From: an uncultured Candidatus Rokubacteria bacterium
GTDB lineage: Bacteria; Methylomirabilota; Methylomirabilia; Rokubacteriales; CSP1-6
NCBI GenBank assembly: GCA_963747235.1
Contig: CAVVEU010000024.1
Location: 448,001-512,000 of the forward strand
DNA: 64,000 nucleotides
Reading direction: 5' to 3'
This document shows positions 61,074 through 64,000 of the stretch, piece by piece. Numbering within the stretch: position 1 is the first letter of the stretch; each line of letters starts with the position of its first letter. The notes beneath the pieces were generated by a model. That model saw only the letters and a program-made list of their open reading frames with translations. It made no database searches and was not told the origin of the DNA. The position numbers and the translations under genes were made by a program.

Positions 61074-62465
61074 GGGCCTACTCCCGCCTGTTCGAGCAGC
61101 TCATCCTGGTGGGCGACCTGGTGCTGGTCGGGCTCTGCTGGCTCCTGGCCTACTGGCTGCGCTTCCACGTGGCGGGCCCGCCCTTGCCCTACGGCGACGT
61201 GCCGCTGCTCGCCGACTACCTGCTGATGCTGCTGCCGATCCTGCTGGTGTGGAGCGTGTCCTTCCGCGCCTTCGGGCTCTACCGTCCGCGCCGCATCGGC
61301 TCTCACCTGTCCGAGGCCATCGACATCGCGAAGGCCTCGACCATCGGGGTACTCGTCCTGGTCGCGGTGATGACGTTCTTCTTCCGCGGCTACGACTACT
61401 CGCGCGTGGTCATCGTCTACTTCTGGCTCCTCTCGATCGCCGCCGTCTGGTTTTCCCGCGCCGCCTTCCGCGAGGGCCTCCGCTTCGCCCGGCGCCGCGG
61501 CTACAATCAGCGCTTCGCGGTGGTGGTTGGGGACGGTGAGCTCGCCGCCACCGTGGTGCAGCGCATGCAGGGCCGGCGTGACGTGGGCATCCAGGTGCTC
61601 GGGGTGGTGGGCGACGACAAGGACGACACCGGCGGGGCACGCCGGCTCGGCGGCTACGCCGACCTGCGCGCGGTGCTCGACGCCCACACGGTGGACCACG
61701 TGGTCCTGGCCCTCGCCCACGAGGACTACGGGCGGCTCCCCGGGCTGCTCGACGCGGTCGGCGACGAGCCGGTGACCATCCACGTGGTGCCCGATCTGCT
61801 GCGCTTCGCCTCGCTGCGCGGGGGCATCGAGCAGTTCGAGGGCATGCCGTTCATCCACCTGCGGGAGTCGCCGCTCTACGGCTGGAACCGGCTGGCCAAG
61901 CGCGTGTTCGACTTCGTCTTCTCGGCCGCGGTGCTCGTCGTCCTCTGGCCGGCACTGCTCATGCTCGCCGCGGTGGTCAAGCTGAGCTCCCGCGGGCCGG
62001 TCTTCTACCGCCAGGAGCGCATGGGCCTGGACGGCCGGCGCTTCGAGATGCTGAAGTTCCGGACGATGCGACCCGGACGCGGAAGCGCGGACCGGGCCGG
62101 TGTGGGCGGGCCCCTCCGACCAGCGGCGCACCGGGTTCGGCGCCTTCCTGCGGCGGTTGAGCCTCGACGAGCTGCCGCAGTTCTGGAACGTGCTGCGGGG
62201 TGACATGAGCGTGGTGGGCCCGCGGCCGGAGCGGCCGGTGTTCGTGGAGCGGTTCCGCCAGACCGTGCCCGGCTACATGCTCCGGCACAAGGTGAAGGCC
62301 GGCATCACCGGCTGGGCGCAGGTGAACGGGCTGCGCGGCAACACGTCGCTCGAGAAGCGCATCCAGTACGACATCGAGTACATCGAGCGCTGGTCGGTGT
62401 GGTTCGACGTCAAGATCATCGCGATGACGGTCGTGCGGGTGCTGGTGGACCGGAACGCCTATTGA
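61067..62465 (+). CDS. wcaJ: Undecaprenyl-phosphate glucose phosphotransferase, priming GT (frameshift ~62070)
   Basis: 4 N-terminal TMs, KRVFD, YRQERMG, KFRTM, SLDELPQ, VGPRPE, GITGWAQV. Confidence 0.92.
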
Positions 62466-63677
62466 GCGTCCGGGGCGTTCTCCTGGGCGCCTTCGTCGCC
62501 GGCCTCGGCGTGTCCATCACGCTCGCCGAGACCGCGCTGGCCCTCCTCACGCTGCACCTGCTCTGGCGCCTGCGCGATCCGGCCGAGCGCGCGGACGCCC
62601 GCTGGCCGCTCTGGCCGCCCGTGCTCGCCTTCAGCGCGGCGACCATCCTGTCCGCGCTGCTCTCCGGCGATCCGGCGGCGAGTCTCGAGTCGGCCAAGGG
62701 ACTCCTGCTCGTCGCCGCCCTGTACGTCACCGCCGACGCGGTGCGGAATCCGGACGCCGCGGGGCGCTTCCTCTTCGGCCTGACGCTCGCCGCCACCGTG
62801 GCCGCGGTGGTCGGGCTGCTCCAGGTGAGCGTCTGTCCCGGTCTGGGCGTACCCGTGGCGGGGCCGCGCTGGCTCTATCACCGCTGCGACCGCGCGCACG
62901 GCTTCTTCAGCATCTACATGACGCTGGCCGGAGTCCTCTCGCTCGTGCTGCTCGCGACCCTTCCGCGCCTCCTGCCGGGTCGGCGGCGGGCTGCGCCGGT
63001 TCGGGGCGCCGTGGCTCGTGATGCTGGGCGGGCTCATCGCCACCTACACGCGGGGAGCGTGGATCGGCTTCGCGGCGGGTGTGCTGACGGTGGCGGCCAC
63101 CGTGCGGCGTGGACGCTGGCTCCTGCTGGCGGGCCTGGTCCTCCTGGCGGGAGGCGCGCTCCTGGCGCCCCACGAGCTGCGCCACCGGTTCCTCAGCATG
63201 GCCGATCCCGAGGAGGCGGGGGTGCGGGAGCGCGTCTACATGTGGCGGAGCGGCCTCGCGATGTGGCGGGAGCGGCCGGTGCTCGGGATCGGGCCCGGCG
63301 GCGTCAAGCGGGAGTACCCGTCCTACGCGCTGCCGGAAGCGGTCAAGAAGCGAACGAGCCACGTGCACAGCACGCCGCTGCAGATCCTGGTCGAGCGCGG
63401 GGTGCTGGGCCTGGCCGCGTGGCTGGCGATCTGGGCCACCTTCTTCACCCGATGCGTCGGCCTGCTGCGACGGCGATCGGGAGAAGCCACCGCCGAGCGC
63501 ACGCTCGTGGTGGGCAGCCTCGCCGCGATCGTGGCGTTCCTGGTGGGTGGCCTCTCGGAATACAACTTCGGCGACTCCGAGGTGGTGATGGTCGCCTGGG
63601 CGCTGATGGCCCTGCCCTGGGCTAGTAGATCGCGTACGGCTCCGTCGACGACCGCACCTTCACGAAGTACTGCTTGA
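62462..63677 (+). CDS. O-antigen ligase/polymerase family protein (frameshift ~62990)
   Basis: RAHGFFS, TYTRGAWIG, ERVYMW, LGIGPG, HVHSTPLQILVERGVLG. Confidence 0.88.
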
Positions 63678-64000
63678 AGCGCGAGAGGTCGTCGTCGGAG
63701 ACGAGGTCGGAGACCATCACGCAGAGCATGCTCTGCTGGCGCCACAGGATCAGGCTGAAGCCGTTTTCCTTCTTCACCACGGGTCGCCAGCGATCGATCT
63801 GCACCCGCCCGCGGTCGGTGGGCAGCGTCACGCTGCCGCCCGGCACGATGATGTAGGTCACGGTGTGGCCGGCCACGTCCTGGTAGGTCAGCTCGATGCC
63901 GCGCCGGCCTTCGAGGTACGTGGGCTTGGCGTTGATGAGCTGGATGTCCTCGTCGCCCGTGAAGACCCAGCTCAGCGCGATGCCGCTCTCCTCCATCGCC
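63622..64000 (-). CDS. Probable anti-sigma factor, C-terminal (extracytoplasmic) fragment
   Basis: ...GIELTYQD...TVTYIIVP...GFSLILWRQQSMLCVMVSD pattern; truncated by the window edge. Confidence 0.55.
   Translation of the reverse strand, partial: AMEESGIALSWVFTGDEDIQLINAKPTYLEGRRGIELTYQDVAGHTVTYIIVPGGSVTLPTDRGRVQIDRWRPVVKKENGFSLILWRQQSMLCVMVSDLVSDDDLSRFKQYFVKVRSSTEPYAIY

Overview
High-GC bacterial DNA. Almost the whole window is one very large cell-surface glycan (O-antigen/LPS/EPS-type) biosynthesis locus of about 68 genes. It is flanked by a yfhO-like fragment on the left and an anti-sigma-like fragment on the right. Many genes are broken by single-base indels, most likely long-read errors. 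Recognisable blocks are: (i) a legionaminic-acid-like ulosonate module (neuB, neuC, two neuA, neuD, legC, CBS-nucleotidyltransferase) with wbuX/hisH/hisF amidotransfer, a Maf/DUF115 protein and a B12 radical SAM enzyme; (ii) two parallel sugar modules, each with a ThDP E1 alpha/beta pair, an SDR epimerase, a cytidylyltransferase-PfkB kinase fusion and a SIS isomerase; (iii) a transaldolase + GmhA + GmhB + Gfo/Idh/MocA + Cys-less nucleotide-sugar dehydrogenase set that mirrors the lincosamide octose (LmbR/N/K/Z/L/M/S) pathway; (iv) a radical SAM/SPASM enzyme paired with a degenerate NifU-like protein; (v) alternating GT4/methyltransferase genes, a flippase, a priming transferase and an O-antigen ligase. 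Other points of interest are a self-promoted cassette of two unknown proteins plus a BFD-like [2Fe-2S] protein, recurring leaderless-type promoters, a palindromic operator, two probable ATC start codons and a structured intergenic element. No RNA genes, CRISPR arrays or mobile elements were seen. Family assignments come from motif recognition by eye, not from database searches.
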